Of a stretch of DNA of 8,073 nt, positions 6,069 through 8,073 are shown piece by piece. A program made the translations under genes and the position numbers. The first letter of the stretch is position 1; the number at the start of each line of letters is the position of its first letter. Source of the stretch: a virus (taxonomy: Duplodnaviria > Heunggongvirae > Uroviricota > Caudoviricetes); the IMG/VR virus record IMGVR_UViG_3300039367_000078, one strand, 5' to 3'. Below the pieces are notes generated by a model. The model made no database searches. It had not been told where the DNA came from and saw only the letters and a list, made by a program, of their open reading frames with translations.

Positions 6069-6595
6069 TTGCGTAACTCCGATAACTCGTTAAAACGTTC
6101 CATAAACATCCCATAGGCATGGCCTGGCGACAGTGGAATAACTTTGAACATCTCTGTTGCCGGGATACCTTCCAGTACAGGCCAGAAAGAGCCATCATCA
6201 AGCCCGAGATCGCGGCGTTCGGTTGCCAGCATGATGAGATCGGCATATTTCACGGGCGTGCTCATAACCGGGGGTAACCCGTATTTCTCACGGATTACGG
6301 CGTCTATTTTTTCTTCCATCCGTTTATAGTCAGGAAGAAGGCGTTTCAGTGGCGCGGGGATGTCCTGGCAATACGCTTCTGTTGCATCATGCATTAATGC
6401 TTCAAAAGCAAATTCCTGCGGTACCAGCTGGCTGCAAAGCACCGCATGTTGGGCGACGCTGTAGAAATGTGAAAGATGTCCTGCAAAGCGACAGATATTT
6501 GAAAGAGAAACCGCGATATCGTTAATAACGATGTCGTCTTTATTTATCCTGTCATAATAAAAATGCTTCCCGGAAAAAGTTTTAATAAATGACAT
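6059..6595 (-). CDS. HD-domain phosphohydrolase, YfdR/YfbR-like 5'-deoxynucleotidase family, 178 aa
   Basis: Motifs H..H (AGHLSHFYSVAQHAV) and HD (EALMHDATEAY) typical of HD-domain nucleotidases. Start ATG at plus 6593..6595 (MSFIKTF...) preferred over the ORF-track start at 6622 because GGAG lies 6 nt upstream. Confidence 0.8.
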   Translation of the reverse strand: MSFIKTFSGKHFYYDRINKDDIVINDIAVSLSNICRFAGHLSHFYSVAQHAVLCSQLVPQEFAFEALMHDATEAYCQDIPAPLKRLLPDYKRMEEKIDAVIREKYGLPPVMSTPVKYADLIMLATERRDLGLDDGSFWPVLEGIPATEMFKVIPLSPGHAYGMFMERFNELSELRKCA

Positions 6596-6672
6596 TTTGT
6601 TCTCCACGTATATGCGCTGCACCGCGCTGAATTCTGGTAAAAGGAAGCCCTCACCATCCGGCGATTATTGAG

Positions 6673-7548
6673 TTAATTACGTTTCCATAAATGCCCCCGC
6701 AGGGGCATTTGCAGTAATGAAATCAGGCGGTGAAAGTACNNNNNNNNNNNNNNNNNNNNNNNNNNNNNNNNNNNNNNNNNNNNNNNNNNNNNNNNNNNNT
6801 TAGCCATTTCTTCCTGCACTGCTTCCAGCTGAATAATGCGCAGAACCAGTACAGGACGATCGCCAGTGATAATGCTGAGGCGTAATTTAAATGGACGTTC
6901 TTTCAGACCTTCAAACGGAACGCATTTAAATTCAAATGCCACTGGCATAATATCTTTGGTCTTCGCTTCGACAGACTCCATCAGGGAGCGTTTGCCGCTG
7001 AAGTCATTATCTTCAAAATCAGCGGTCTGGTTTGCTTCAATCGTGATTTTACGGACTGCCGCAGCCGCTTTTGTTGCCTGAATAGCGTCACCATTAGCAT
7101 CAAAGCCCACAAGGTAGTCGGCCCAGTCTTCAATCCATTCTGCCAGTGACTTCTGGGAGTTACGCTCGCCATTAACAGACAACAGAGCAGAGAACGGTGC
7201 TGTCTTTTTCAGTTTGAGAGTGGCGGTGTTATCTGCGTGACCTGGTTCATCAATAGTACCCAGGTTAATCACACTGACGGCTCGCATATTATCGGCATCG
7301 ATAAAGCAGCGGGTGCCTTCATCTGCAAGATCTTTAGAATAACGGGTAAAGTCATCGATGCTGGCAGTGGAAAGCGCACCACGGAAACGGAAGCGATTTA
7401 AATTAAATTTCTCCAGATCATGAATGCGGAAATTCTCAGGCAATGCCACAGCATCGGCACCAATCTTACTGATAATTTCATTAACACCCTGAGCAGAAAT
7501 AAGGGCATGGATTTGATTAATTGCGGTTGCGTCTAAGTTCTGAGACAT
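6673..7548 (-). CDS. DUF2303/YfdQ-like prophage protein; 3' end unresolved because of the N-run
   Basis: ORF from ATG (plus 7546..7548; GAGGA 4 nt upstream), translation [67 protein letters not shown]... Well supported from 7548 down to 6800. The post-gap tail (6673..6739, [21 protein letters not shown]) spans the hairpin and looks non-coding, so the true stop is probably in or near the gap. Confidence 0.6.
   Translation of the reverse strand: MSQNLDATAINQIHALISAQGVNEIISKIGADAVALPENFRIHDLEKFNLNRFRFRGALSTASIDDFTRYSKDLADEGTRCFIDADNMRAVSVINLGTIDEPGHADNTATLKLKKTAPFSALLSVNGERNSQKSLAEWIEDWADYLVGFDANGDAIQATKAAAAVRKITIEANQTADFEDNDFSGKRSLMESVEAKTKDIMPVAFEFKCVPFEGLKERPFKLRLSIITGDRPVLVLRIIQLEAVQEEMAXXXXXXXXXXXXXXXXXXXXXYFHRLISLLQMPLRGHLWKRN
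6689..6710. other. Perfect 9-bp inverted repeat / hairpin (AAATGCCCC-cgca-GGGGCATTT)
   Basis: Seen directly in sequence, located between the YfdQ-like gene and the YfdR-like start. No adjacent U-tract on either strand, so not a canonical intrinsic terminator. Confidence 0.6.
6740..6799. other. Run of 60 N (assembly gap or masked sequence)
   Basis: Literal n characters in the input; falls in the 3' region of the YfdQ-like ORF. Confidence 0.99.
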
Positions 7549-7613
7549 AATAAGTCCTCACTATATAAAGATATTCAGTGATGAGATAAATAATCGGTTA
7601 ATTAAGAACGATA

Positions 7614-7976
7614 TTAATGACCTGCTGCGCGGAGTTTTCCGTCAGGTTCACCGGCAAGAGTCAGTAATTGTCCCTGGTCTTCCTGCAGAATAGTCAGGCG
7701 ACCACCGCGATTGACATACATCGGCGTTTCGGTGGTGTCTTCTTCGGAAATTTTCCCGCGGTTAGTTGGGCGAACATATGAGAGTTTGTGTTTGATTTTC
7801 ACACGGTTCTCATCAAACGGTTCGATTTCCAGATTGAGTGAGACCTTCCCTTTGGTTTTCGTGTTCATCACACCGGAAGCGACCTCACTGAGAACTGCGC
7901 CGATTTTGGTTTCAAATACGCCGCCGTCCAGCTCCCCGATAAATGCCTGCACATCAGTACTGCGTTCGCTAGCCAT
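7614..7976 (-). CDS. Hypothetical small prophage protein, 120 aa (YfdP-like position in the operon)
   Basis: Start ATG at plus 7974..7976 (MASERSTDVQAFIGELDGG...) with GAGGAG 6 nt upstream; the ORF-track start at 7994 is less likely. Confidence 0.65.
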   Translation of the reverse strand: MASERSTDVQAFIGELDGGVFETKIGAVLSEVASGVMNTKTKGKVSLNLEIEPFDENRVKIKHKLSYVRPTNRGKISEEDTTETPMYVNRGGRLTILQEDQGQLLTLAGEPDGKLRAAGH

Positions 7977-8073
7977 TTTGCTGCTCCTCATCATATCGAC
8001 CCTGCAAGGTCGGTTGGTTTCTCCACAAAACAGAGAAGAACACCTGCGGTGGCAGCCGCCCGGATGGATTGGG
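7969..8073 (-). CDS. Possible 3' end of a further minus-strand phage gene entering from beyond the window (partial)
   Basis: Minus-strand frame open from 8073 to a TAG at plus 7969..7971 (...PNPSGRLPPQVFFSVLWRNQPTLQGRYDEEQQNG*), overlapping the next start by 8 nt in the same coupled style as the rest of the operon. Only 34 codons visible. Confidence 0.25.
   Translation of the reverse strand, partial: PNPSGRLPPQVFFSVLWRNQPTLQGRYDEEQQNG

Larger units (their letters stand above)
2797..8073. mobile_element. Left arm of a prophage-like integrative element inserted in the 5' end of dusA; continues beyond the window
   Basis: Begins where the dusA frame is disrupted; contains phage-type genes (DEDDh exonuclease, PrtN/AlpA-like regulator, HD-domain YfdR-like, DUF2303/YfdQ-like, DUF551/YfdS-like) in a compact operon with overlapping stop/start codons. 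No integrase in this window, so the integrase presumably sits at the far junction next to the reconstituted dusA. Confidence 0.7.

Noticed and set aside
6740-6799. N-run as a biological feature
   Set aside because: It is ambiguous-base padding (gap or mask), not sequence; it only limits what can be said about the YfdQ-like 3' end.
5995-7172. Short ORFs 5995..6246 (-), 6144..6329 (+), 6836..7081 (+), 6981..7172 (-)
   Set aside because: Overlap the HD-domain and DUF2303-like genes in other frames or antisense; no motifs or RBS support.
1-8073. tRNA, rRNA or CRISPR array
   Set aside because: No cloverleaf-like conserved tRNA segments, no rRNA-like sequence and no regularly spaced direct repeats were seen; the only tandem repeat (2872..2891) has two copies and no spacers. 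The integration target here is a protein-coding gene (dusA), not a tRNA.

Overview
Enterobacterial (E. coli-like) chromosome segment running from conserved core genes into the left arm of a prophage-like element integrated in the 5' end of dusA. Core part: the 3' end of a dinF-like MATE transporter gene (1..126, +), yjbJ (242..451, +) and zur (493..1008, -). This is followed by a strongly AT-rich 334-aa orphan gene (1326..2330, +) with a textbook intrinsic terminator. At 2692..2814 (+) there is a 40-codon ORF, too short for the ORF track, whose first 35 residues read as the N-terminus of tRNA-dihydrouridine synthase DusA before diverging into 5 foreign codons and a stop. I interpret this as the displaced 5' fragment of dusA at an attL junction of a dusA-targeting integrative element. 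Directly inside the junction is a two-gene plus-strand cargo module (2999..3538 and 3555..3989), convergent with the phage genes and closed by a terminator. Its second gene looks like a YafO-family ribosome-dependent mRNA interferase toxin, while its upstream partner does not resemble the usual YafN/Phd-type antitoxin. This is my best candidate for an undescribed toxin-antitoxin or abortive-infection style system. The rest of the window (4016..8073, all minus strand) is a tightly coupled prophage early-type operon: YfdP-like, DUF2303/YfdQ-like, HD-domain YfdR-like, DUF551/YfdS-like, a 269-aa protein with a C-terminal double-CxxC motif, a DEDDh 3'-5' exonuclease, and a PrtN/AlpA-like small regulator. 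A 60-nt run of N (6740..6799) interrupts the 3' region of the YfdQ-like gene. No tRNA, rRNA or CRISPR array was seen. All family assignments come from reading the translations and from memory of these families; no database search was possible.
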